Shown here: positions 30,501-37,872 of the stretch, piece after piece
How positions within the stretch are numbered: position 1 is the stretch's first letter
How the letters are laid out: the number at the start of each line of letters is the position of its first letter
From: a virus
Lineage: Duplodnaviria > Caudoviricetes
Virus record (IMG/VR): IMGVR_UViG_3300027744_000019
Location: 2,295 to 66,294 of that record
Length of the DNA stretch: 64,000 nt
Reading direction: 5' to 3' (one strand)
Position numbers and translations under genes: made by a program
Notes under the pieces: model-generated
What the model was told of the DNA's origin: nothing
Database searches by the model: none
Seen by the model: the letters and a program-made list of their open reading frames with translations, nothing else

Positions 30501-33500
30501 TACATATGATGGCTCATTAAATACTGCAGTAATCCAAGAGATTAGAAGAGATAGTGTTTATCTAGATGATATTAGAGAAGGTCTTACAAAGTTCTATACT
30601 GAAAGAACAAACATGTCTGCCGATGAAGTTAAAAAAACAGTAGATCGTGAAGTAAAAAAATATACTAAAGAAGAAATTAAAGAAGGTGATGGTCAAGGTT
30701 ATATTACATTTGATGCCTATAGAACATTAAAGAGACTTCAGAATAAGTGGGGTGATGAACAAGAAAATTTATTTCAAAAGATTATAAATGGTGAACCTAT
30801 TACAGAACCAATTGATGAATTTTTTCCTGCATATAAATTACAAAACTTTGCATTCTTAGATAATACAGTATTACCAGTAACAGCCTTTCATAAGTTTGCA
30901 TTGTTCCCATTAATTCCTGGTGTAATTAAACCAGGTAGTGATTTTGATAAGATGCATAAGAGAATGTTAGAAGAAAACATTCAGTATCTAACATTTGATT
31001 CAGGTTCTAAAGTTGGCACACTCACTTCAGATGGTGAGCCAGATAGAGCTCATGATGAGAACGGAAGATTTAATGAGTCTGTAGTATTTACTAAAAATAC
31101 ATTTAATGCTGGCTTCCTTAAAGAAGTAACTAATGTGCCTAAAAAGTATAAAGGTAAAGTTGTATTCTCTACACAGTTAAGAAAACTTATTCTTGATGGT
31201 TTATATGAGGAAGGTGCAATGACCATGCCTCAGTATTCTGGGCTAGTTAAAGCATATGAAAATAGTGTAGCATTTAACACTGAGTTGCTCAAAACTGAAC
31301 TAATGGAAGAGATTGGTTATGTAGAAGGTAAAGGTGTTACACAACCAGAAAAGTTCTTAAAAGTAATTAAGGAGAACTTAAGAAGAAAAGATTATCCTGA
31401 ACATTTACTTAGATCTCTTAAAACAAATAGGGACGGTTCATTAAAGTATGACTTGTCTTACTTCTTAGATGCTAAGACAATTGAAGATACTATAATGTCA
31501 ATTGTAGAGAAGAAGTTTGTACGCCAAAAAGTTAAAGGTGAAGCACTTGTACAAGTTGCAAGTTCATTTACCAATAATATGTGGACAACTCCTTCTGAAG
31601 AAGATGTTAAGAAATATATGGGTAGTAATACACTACCTTTTTATTATCCAGGTAAAGATGGCAAAACAAATGCAATGAAAGTTGCTATTGCTATGCAAGG
31701 TGACTTCTTTAAACTATACAATCTTAATCATAATGATGGTCAACCAATTGGAGATATTAATAGGTTAAATGATATGATCAAGAATGATCAGTGGTTAGAT
31801 ACTGATGGTAATAGAAAAGCAATTACTATGACTGCTGTACGTATTCCTGTACAGGGTCTTAACTCTATGGAGTTCATGGAAGTCTATGAATTCTTAGATC
31901 CAGCTGCAGGCTCTCATATTTTTGTACCTACAGAACTTGTAGCTAAGTCAGGTGGTGACTTTGACGTAGACAAGTTAACTACATTTATGCCTAATATAGG
32001 TGAGGATGGTAAAGCTATTACTTCTAATATGACTAAAGAGCAATTCTTTGATGCATATAATAAGGCTTCTAAAGAAGACAAAAAAGAAATGATGAAGCTG
32101 CAGAAGAAAGCTGTTGAAAATAGTTTTATTGAAAACATTAGAGGTATTCTTGAAATTCCTGAAAACTTTGCTTCTTTAGTTAGACCTAATGATACAGCAC
32201 TACTTGAAGAATTATCAAAAGAACTTGAAGATAAAGTAAGTGACTTTGATAAGTATGAAAAAGTAAATGGCGAATCTACAAACTTAGATGGTAAAGGTGA
32301 AAAAATGATTAGCCCTACTACTGTACTTGAGCAAAGATACAATGTAGCTAAACACGGACATAATATTATTGGTAAATCAGTATTAGGTATTGGTGCTAGT
32401 GAGAATGCAATGAATCCTGTATTTAATCAAGCAGGTGTTATTCTACCTAAAAAATATAAAGCTTCAAATTATGATAAAGATTTAGGTAAATTTGTAGAAT
32501 TTGGGGAACCTATATATGACATGAGACTTTTCATGCCGCACAACAAAACTAAAGACGGTAATATTTCTCTTTCTAATATTTATGGTGTTGATGGAGTAAC
32601 TAGAATTGCTGATTTATTTTCACAAGGTATAAATGGTTGGGTTGACGTAGAAGCAAATGAATGGATATTTTATATTCAAGGTAATTATGAGCTTGCACCA
32701 ACTATGCTTTATTTATTTAAATCTGGTGTAACTGAAGAATATGCAGTTAAGTTTGTATCATCTCCATTCATTAGAGAATATGCTGAAGAGTTAAGAAAAA
32801 TTCAAGGGCCGTTTGCTAAATCAATGGGTATAGCAGCAAAAGAAAAACCATATGAAAGATACGAAGCTACTAAAAGAGTTATACAAAGGCACATGCTGCA
32901 ATACCTCAATGCTTCTACTTCTATGCTACAAGCTAATGATCAAATCACAGTATATTTTAAAGAAAGAACTAAAAGAGGATGGGAAGATATTCCTTATCAA
33001 ATGACTTATGGTGAGTTACAAAATAACATAAACAACTCTACATATGATCTAAATTCAATTTCCACAATAGATATTAATTTACCAGGAATTCAAAGAACTC
33101 TTTACGTTAAACCATCTGCTGAGAATGCAACTTATTACAATTCAACATCAAAAGCTAATGAACGGTATGAGAATGGATATTCTCTTGAGTTAATGAATAG
33201 CCTTATTGATAAGAAACCTAGTGAGTTTAACGCTAATGAGACTATAGCTGCTATGGGAATGCTTTTACATTTTAATGAAATTCAAAAGCAAATCCAAGGT
33301 GTAGGTAGGATGAAAAGAAGAGGTAAACCAGACACAACTCTTTTCAGAAACATTCAAGAAATTATTTTAAGAGACCTTGATATAGAATCCTTAGATAACG
33401 ATAGTAAAGTAGATAAAGCATCTAAGGATAAAATCTTTAATGAAAGTATTACAAGTTCATTAGGAGATAAGAAAATTATTGTTGATGTAGTTTCACAAAT

Positions 33501-36500
33501 GCTTGTTCTTAGAAATGGTAACCAAACAACAAACTATATACAAGGGCTTTTAACAAATGCTAAAAACAAAGGTTTAATAGGTGCAAAATTTGGGAAAACT
33601 AATGATGGAATGGTAAATTTTGTTGATGCATTTAAAAACAATATCAGCAACTTTATCTTACAAAACTACTTATCTAACTTTATTGACCCTAAAGGGAACA
33701 TTGTAAAAATTCCTCAGGAGTTTAATGAGATGCCAGTCAAGCTATCTAAGAATCTTTCAACAGATGTTGAGATAAAAGATGGTGTGGTATATGTAAACTC
33801 ACAAAATCTTAGAGAAGACTTTTCTAATAAGAGTTATTTAGATACAGCGCAAGGTCCTAGAAGCTATGCTCAAAGACCAGGACTTGAACCATTTAAAATA
33901 GAACAAGATCCGTTTGCATCTGAAGAAGCATATATCAAGTATGCTATGATCAGAGCATCTTTACAAAGTCAAGGGCTTACGGGAGCTGAGTTAAATAAAA
34001 CAGCTCTTATTGAAGCATTCAACTTTAATGCATTGATGAGAAATAATGATTACTCATATACTAATGAAGTAATTGATGTGATTCAAAAGTATCCTAAGCT
34101 TATTATTGATTTCCCTATCCTAGAACAGATATCTATTTTAAGCACGTCTGCATTTACTGACTTTAATGTTCTTACACTTACTGACAGAGATGCAATAGAT
34201 GGTAAGACAAAAGATGTTTATGCAAATAACATTAGAGCTTTAGGTAATCCTAGAATTCAAAAAGTAGCTGACCCTAAAGAGAATCAAAGAATCAGTAATC
34301 TATTCCAAATGCTTCCTTTGGTAGCAGTGTATCAACACGGTGTGGGTTCTACTCTATATGGATTTGATCAAGTTCTTCCACAAGATATGATCCAGTCTAC
34401 AATGCAGAATGCATCTAATTTATTTAAACTTAACTATTGGAATGATAAAGGCTTAAGTCATGTATTTAATTCTACAGTTAATAAGGAGGAGAAACAATTT
34501 AAAAACTTTGTTTTAACTGAAGCAGAACTAGGTACAGAAGCACCAATACGTGCAACATTTGCTGAGGTAGATCCATTTGAAGAAATAGATAATGAACCGT
34601 TCTTTGCACCTCAACTACAAACAACACCAACTTTAACAAGTTATACAAATCATTCTGGCGGTGCAATTGGAGCAGATACAGTATGGGATAACATTGGTAA
34701 ACAATTTGGAATGGTAACCAATAGACATTATTGGATGAATAATAAAACTCCAAATGGTAATGTTGAAATTTCTAAAGAAGATGCAATTGAAGGTCAGCAA
34801 AAAGTAACTGAAGCTGCAAGAGCAATGGGTAGAATTGAACCTACCTATCAGGTTAGAGATGAAAGATTGATTAGAAACTGGTCTCAAGTTAAATATTCTG
34901 ATGCTGTATTTGCAATAACAACTATGTTAGGTGTAGATGCTGAAATGAATTATGGTAAAAAAGCTAAAATTAGACAAGGTAAAGGAGGCACAGGTTATGC
35001 TATTGAAATGGCAATACAAGCTGGTAAACCTGTTTATGTTTTTGACCAAGAAAGAAAAATGTGGTTTAAAAATATTGATGGTCAATGGTCTGAATCTGAT
35101 GTACCTACTCTTACTAAAAACTTTGCCGGTATAGGCACAAGAGAAATTAATGAAGCAGGTAAACAAGCTATCAGAGATGTCTATGCTAAAACATTAGCTG
35201 AAACACAACCTACACAGCCAATAGATGATCAAACACAAATTGAAACTAAAGCTACAGACCAATACAGATACTTTGGTTCTATGTATACTATTAAGTTACA
35301 AGATGGTATTGGTGTAGATGTAGAAGGTTACAAAGGTAAAGCAGCTGCTAAAGCTAAATTGCTTAATGCATACAATACTGATCCAAATGTAGACCCACAA
35401 AATGGTAGAGCATTTAGAGAAACTCCTACACAGTTAGATGTTCAATCTCAAAACTCTGCAGACACATTTGTATTTGCAGATGGTATTTCTATTAGTGTTC
35501 CGTTCCAACTTAATGCTGAACAACAAGCAGCACTATACAAACTAGAAGACTTCTATAATAACCCAGGAGCTTATGATAATGAAATTACATTATCAGGATA
35601 CGCAGGAACAGGTAAGACAACTATTCTTGGAATCTTTGATAAGTATTTAAAAGAGAAGAGTTACGTTAAACCTATCTATACTTCACCTACTCACCGTGCT
35701 AATGCGGTAACTAAGATGAAGAATCCTAGAGCTAAGGTTAAAACATTACACTCTTTGTTTGGTCTTAACCCTATGCTTAATCTTGAGGGAGACGCATTAG
35801 ATATTAGAGATGTTAAAACTGAATCTTTCAGAAAGCCAGAACTTAACAGAAGAGATGTTATTATTGTAGATGAATCTTCTATGGTTACAAATGAGTTGTA
35901 TGATTTAATTCAGCAGTTCAAAAAAGAGTTAGACCTTAGAATTATTTTTGCAGGAGACAAAGGTCAGCTTGGACCAGTTCAAGATAATACTAAATTAGAA
36001 TCTAAAGTATTTGATGACCCTAAGAATCAAGCTCAACTTACTAAAGTAGAAAGAACGGGTGACAATCCTATCTTATTAAACTCAACTAGAGCAAGAGAAG
36101 GTCAGGACTTTACTTATGTCACTGAAGAAATTAATGGTAATGGTGTAGAGTTCTTAGATACTCCTGATAGATTAAACCAAGTTATGGGTCAGAATCTAAA
36201 AGATATGCAGGAATCTGGTAATATGCTTTACTTTAGAATCCTTTCTTCTCTTAATAAAGATGTAGCTAGAATCAATTTACAAGCTAGAGATATTATGTTT
36301 GGTGAGGAAGCTAAAAAGACTCCTTACATTAAAGGTGATATCTTAATGGGCTATGATAATATTGGTGAAGACTTAATTAACTCAGGTGACTATGTTGTTG
36401 AAGCTGTATCAGAGCTAACTGATATTAAAGTTAGAGTACCTGTTGCTGATTTATCATCTGGATATTTAAAATTCGGAAAAGAAAAAGAAGTATCACTTAA

Positions 36501-37872
36501 AGGTTACTATGTAACTGTTAAAGATATTCTTAATCCTGATAATTTATTTTTAATACCTCTTCCTGCAGAAGGTAATGATGAAGCTCTTACTGAAATTGCA
36601 AAAGGATTATTAGAACTCAAAAGCTATTATCCAAGAGTACAAGGTAAAGACAAAGGCAGACTATTCTCAGAAATTAGTTCTGTAAGCAATCAAATTGTAT
36701 TCAATAAAGACATTAAAGAAAACGGTAGATTCCTTGCTAAGAAAGGTATAGACTATGGTTATGCTCATACTATTCACAAATCTCAAGGAGGAACGTACAA
36801 CAAAGTACTCATCTTTGACGATAGTATCTCAAGCCTAGCAGCAGCTATTGCAGACAAGAGAAAGCTTGGTATGAATGGTCAAAAATTAATGAAAGACCAA
36901 CTCAAGTATGTCGCAATCTCTAGAGCTAGTGAATATGCATATGTGTACAACAGTAAAGATACTGCGGTAGGGGGATTTGATTTCAGAGGTGAGGCACCAG
37001 CAAATATCACTGAGGCAGATATGGATACAGCAGCAGTTGCATCGTTCTCATTTGCTACTGAACAAACTCCAACTCCACAGGTTCAGACTAAGGGAGAGAT
37101 AGAAATGCGCTCAGATAATGTTACTAAAATATTCAGCGGTAACAAGACTGTGACAAATAGAACAAGTCTTATTAATGATGGTAAGTATACAATTAAAGGT
37201 TCTACTGATGTAGTTGAGCTTAAGTATATAGGTAAATCAACAATCAATGGTAATCAAGTTACAATCGTCAATGAAAAGACTAATGCAGTAACTACTAGAA
37301 CTCTTGACCAACTTGCAAAAGCTGAAGGATTCAAAGACGCGGCAGACTTTAGAGCTAACAATAAGTTTAGCACTAACTATCTGAACGGTACTCAGACTAG
37401 ATTTCTTTACCAAGTATCTCCTGTATCTGCGGTATCTGCAGATGCTGAGGCTACCTCAGGTAAAATTCCTGAAACTAACACAGACCTTCAAGACTTTAGA
37501 GATGCAGTTGCTAAAAATAACAACATCTTCCCTAACAAGGTTACTACATCTGCAGGTAGACTTTATGTTCTTAATTCAGATGGATTATATAACTTAGTGG
37601 ATAGTTTAAGCGGAACTGTATTAATGAAGAATATTGACTTAACTACTGGTCAAGTTGGTTTACCAAGTAACATAAATGTCCCTGCAACTAATGCATACAA
37701 AATAGAGTTACTTAACCAAATCCAAGTATTAAAACAACAATATCAATTAGAAGACTTATTAGGTCAATATGGTTATGATATTAAAGACTTGATTGATACA
37801 ATTCAAAATGCTACTACCAAAGACCAAGTTGATGATGTTGCTTCACTTATTAATGAAAAAATCTGTAAATAA
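24505..37872 (+). CDS. Giant virion RNA polymerase polyprotein: zincin HExxH + two-barrel RNAP + SLOG + SF1B (Dda/RecD-like) helicase + ASCH
   Basis: Zincin: HEAWH (27220-27234) with EEVLAEDFR downstream. RNAP: KRTSG (30367), GDGQGY (30685), RIPVQGLNS (31840), GGDFDVDK catalytic motif (31951-31974). SLOG-like: HSGGAIGAD...GGTGYA...FAGIGTR (about 34650-35200). Helicase: GYAGTGKT (35596-35619), VDESSMV, GDKGQLGPV, YAHTIHKSQG, YVAISRA (to about 36930). ASCH-like: IFSGNKTVTNR...AKAEGF (about 37095-37420). Confidence 0.88.
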   Translation: MAITCALGPKHIDALAKAIYKKMSTLPQGEVFDINGYMDYLYQNIAEKQGVDNALQYMQQFPYLANIIAAKLIDVVEIDPSVNLGAMAKAYRNPDTGWQAVNARFNTELTPEAMDALSDYEANTPSQEDYEDEIPEPITEASDDRLKASTALSGTLQQFLTKNPNDKAEDVIETPDPSKTYIKLTISKIQNIAKDLAIGSTINYQGKFLRLKVVNLASVPRDERTPETDALVGRMIGISDEETKKNDVTPLNQLFALVLTDETGNTIYFNQNGDVTTKQNFGKPVYQMMRDVRFQNNRFTVRDIYNKEDQIISPKDEAINTIRLMGYKSISQYEANENTTFKELIATIDKQQQTQFKQLYDLKQQAMKSKAPLLFVTGASVGVLNERVKQDINLSDVAAMQSDAINTFLILNEPAYGLRSGTAIITINGETFPVDRTDIPKDVSEKIAQVLQSQTISNNDKILFYNQFFNDEVVNLKTDKEKQDTSFVTSTRRHKLVKSKSGKPFFVYADYTLAELNANKQLVNKVNFVPLDGSQQSIDKIKEILNGGKASVKDGNVKKFGAKLNYMNNRLTSDFYDYVDGKLVKSGTYKDFLTRLNPKILISKTAGLPLYNSYIRFAIPDARSSQVNKAQERAKEDSRSAVRKFKDNMVEVIKDAEPKAIKVKVTNVIEKQYADKRPSTYNYDVVIEGQEGKHRFYGAKSIVNIGDTYYLTVEDVIDGGFLFKDTVKARVDSKKSGALDMGSLGERDFKTEDSRGIPIETVAAAETEQAIELDEVTPAPNTLPEDQVEADQEEYINPSNTTQPSDGSPVSRRFKRDYGKFKLDRSAELSNEVTQEQIDAATTWWNNSPLSKFISLEHVANIVNSNVYARFIAAGSELLAEQNLDGKLGKILINEATKGSMVDTYHEAWHVFSQLFLTREEKLKLYNEVRNSDPKFKNLSARAIEEVLAEDFRSYALSPKTKKGAPVRNTLFRRILNFLKKLFTGKQSLANQIQPQKISTYGVAGELFNKLYFASNNPELLNDYTPLVDNVQWDMLNRGVRQQGDYKEDALNDRDSLDLSNALDSLISEEIDNAYLYTKEHNGADANKSGSINILLKDDNKTVLYEFLKEELQDRVDAIKDKLPVKPATPFNTLNTLDKISKNAIAVIKNSKGDDEYFFLRTQIEDFDNLNLDSKKGERVKGEIYKDAEVIGDFYTHKSIKGVDKTPANIVIVNSIEEARAQFEAYKNDTNYTEIIENPNAGTTQPDLDFAEQQDLDRLRIFQTAIKNWNNVIKFHKEHSDFNIINKKVALQESDPESNTEEANNDKNEEGGENFNSSVGDITLQQLADNEVIYMLKSLFALNKAGNYEYDRLGFKKRASFKKVWNALVRSTNSAKDPQEIYNRILAASATYPELKQLVDYKLPNPEVEDHKNGTSFSITTSFWNAFSLPRVKYIQLLVNEDKSGTTTEVTNTSMDVGSTKRKFTSLFKAEKPNKFITKDKFNNNILNLNAIVQEFMALDGTLKSGDNAEYKFLRAIGFKYDDLGKIKETLSNPAKRQEYSIAFLFKAVKELRDAQSSGNATEEAWKIINAFKSNPIETLSKGFPAGVVGAPNSAIYIDGLKLSTAVSRLIELQNKYGATSSNFSVLNAAKKRVNEHTTDNTLTVIVDALNTAKNKTDLFKQGSITSYLDPRRNPWTNNLQTFNTLFDASNKKREGRSIAVEMSSGTQISGKDGTTTTDLDPRSKFIQEFHTMLKSGIQEILRPGSKSSSFGWRIDGGIEFPGIGKKDDKHLYIDLDTFLNLNDELDAIEKIILPYVSSEVARINIFKTNPEAKNYIGYNKPGRDGKPSGEQFNYFDGILTDTTKKEILSKVNTTEIDLLNYITTDPALKEKILKETQSYFEAKSKKLYDYLQEAKYVDPKLMERFNLPGFTAAQKENLLMKGYMYNSWIHNLETSVIFYGDIAQYDHPKQGFHKRTSGLISNGRRVRTDVAAIRYINEQFNANGKTYASTLPEKYNKFTYDGSLNTAVIQEIRRDSVYLDDIREGLTKFYTERTNMSADEVKKTVDREVKKYTKEEIKEGDGQGYITFDAYRTLKRLQNKWGDEQENLFQKIINGEPITEPIDEFFPAYKLQNFAFLDNTVLPVTAFHKFALFPLIPGVIKPGSDFDKMHKRMLEENIQYLTFDSGSKVGTLTSDGEPDRAHDENGRFNESVVFTKNTFNAGFLKEVTNVPKKYKGKVVFSTQLRKLILDGLYEEGAMTMPQYSGLVKAYENSVAFNTELLKTELMEEIGYVEGKGVTQPEKFLKVIKENLRRKDYPEHLLRSLKTNRDGSLKYDLSYFLDAKTIEDTIMSIVEKKFVRQKVKGEALVQVASSFTNNMWTTPSEEDVKKYMGSNTLPFYYPGKDGKTNAMKVAIAMQGDFFKLYNLNHNDGQPIGDINRLNDMIKNDQWLDTDGNRKAITMTAVRIPVQGLNSMEFMEVYEFLDPAAGSHIFVPTELVAKSGGDFDVDKLTTFMPNIGEDGKAITSNMTKEQFFDAYNKASKEDKKEMMKLQKKAVENSFIENIRGILEIPENFASLVRPNDTALLEELSKELEDKVSDFDKYEKVNGESTNLDGKGEKMISPTTVLEQRYNVAKHGHNIIGKSVLGIGASENAMNPVFNQAGVILPKKYKASNYDKDLGKFVEFGEPIYDMRLFMPHNKTKDGNISLSNIYGVDGVTRIADLFSQGINGWVDVEANEWIFYIQGNYELAPTMLYLFKSGVTEEYAVKFVSSPFIREYAEELRKIQGPFAKSMGIAAKEKPYERYEATKRVIQRHMLQYLNASTSMLQANDQITVYFKERTKRGWEDIPYQMTYGELQNNINNSTYDLNSISTIDINLPGIQRTLYVKPSAENATYYNSTSKANERYENGYSLELMNSLIDKKPSEFNANETIAAMGMLLHFNEIQKQIQGVGRMKRRGKPDTTLFRNIQEIILRDLDIESLDNDSKVDKASKDKIFNESITSSLGDKKIIVDVVSQMLVLRNGNQTTNYIQGLLTNAKNKGLIGAKFGKTNDGMVNFVDAFKNNISNFILQNYLSNFIDPKGNIVKIPQEFNEMPVKLSKNLSTDVEIKDGVVYVNSQNLREDFSNKSYLDTAQGPRSYAQRPGLEPFKIEQDPFASEEAYIKYAMIRASLQSQGLTGAELNKTALIEAFNFNALMRNNDYSYTNEVIDVIQKYPKLIIDFPILEQISILSTSAFTDFNVLTLTDRDAIDGKTKDVYANNIRALGNPRIQKVADPKENQRISNLFQMLPLVAVYQHGVGSTLYGFDQVLPQDMIQSTMQNASNLFKLNYWNDKGLSHVFNSTVNKEEKQFKNFVLTEAELGTEAPIRATFAEVDPFEEIDNEPFFAPQLQTTPTLTSYTNHSGGAIGADTVWDNIGKQFGMVTNRHYWMNNKTPNGNVEISKEDAIEGQQKVTEAARAMGRIEPTYQVRDERLIRNWSQVKYSDAVFAITTMLGVDAEMNYGKKAKIRQGKGGTGYAIEMAIQAGKPVYVFDQERKMWFKNIDGQWSESDVPTLTKNFAGIGTREINEAGKQAIRDVYAKTLAETQPTQPIDDQTQIETKATDQYRYFGSMYTIKLQDGIGVDVEGYKGKAAAKAKLLNAYNTDPNVDPQNGRAFRETPTQLDVQSQNSADTFVFADGISISVPFQLNAEQQAALYKLEDFYNNPGAYDNEITLSGYAGTGKTTILGIFDKYLKEKSYVKPIYTSPTHRANAVTKMKNPRAKVKTLHSLFGLNPMLNLEGDALDIRDVKTESFRKPELNRRDVIIVDESSMVTNELYDLIQQFKKELDLRIIFAGDKGQLGPVQDNTKLESKVFDDPKNQAQLTKVERTGDNPILLNSTRAREGQDFTYVTEEINGNGVEFLDTPDRLNQVMGQNLKDMQESGNMLYFRILSSLNKDVARINLQARDIMFGEEAKKTPYIKGDILMGYDNIGEDLINSGDYVVEAVSELTDIKVRVPVADLSSGYLKFGKEKEVSLKGYYVTVKDILNPDNLFLIPLPAEGNDEALTEIAKGLLELKSYYPRVQGKDKGRLFSEISSVSNQIVFNKDIKENGRFLAKKGIDYGYAHTIHKSQGGTYNKVLIFDDSISSLAAAIADKRKLGMNGQKLMKDQLKYVAISRASEYAYVYNSKDTAVGGFDFRGEAPANITEADMDTAAVASFSFATEQTPTPQVQTKGEIEMRSDNVTKIFSGNKTVTNRTSLINDGKYTIKGSTDVVELKYIGKSTINGNQVTIVNEKTNAVTTRTLDQLAKAEGFKDAADFRANNKFSTNYLNGTQTRFLYQVSPVSAVSADAEATSGKIPETNTDLQDFRDAVAKNNNIFPNKVTTSAGRLYVLNSDGLYNLVDSLSGTVLMKNIDLTTGQVGLPSNINVPATNAYKIELLNQIQVLKQQYQLEDLLGQYGYDIKDLIDTIQNATTKDQVDDVASLINEKICK

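Noticed and set aside
31914-32342. 142-aa antisense ORF in the RNAP gene, and similar antisense or nested ORFs (e.g. 10577-10864, 25264-25578, 57091-57453, 23242-23541)
   Set aside because: They are shadows of codon bias on the opposite strand or in alternate frames of well-supported genes, with S/L/F/I-rich composition and no motifs.
30300-32500. Host-type rpoB/rpoC gene
   Set aside because: It lacks NADFDGD and the bacterial subunit organisation. The GGDFDVDK, RIPxQ and DGQ pattern fits the crAss-like single-chain RNAP.
24505-37872. Helicase/SLOG/ASCH region as an intein or misjoined separate gene
   Set aside because: I saw no intein N-terminal Cys/Ser block or His-Asn end, and no internal stop or frameshift. 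An assembly chimera cannot be excluded without reads.
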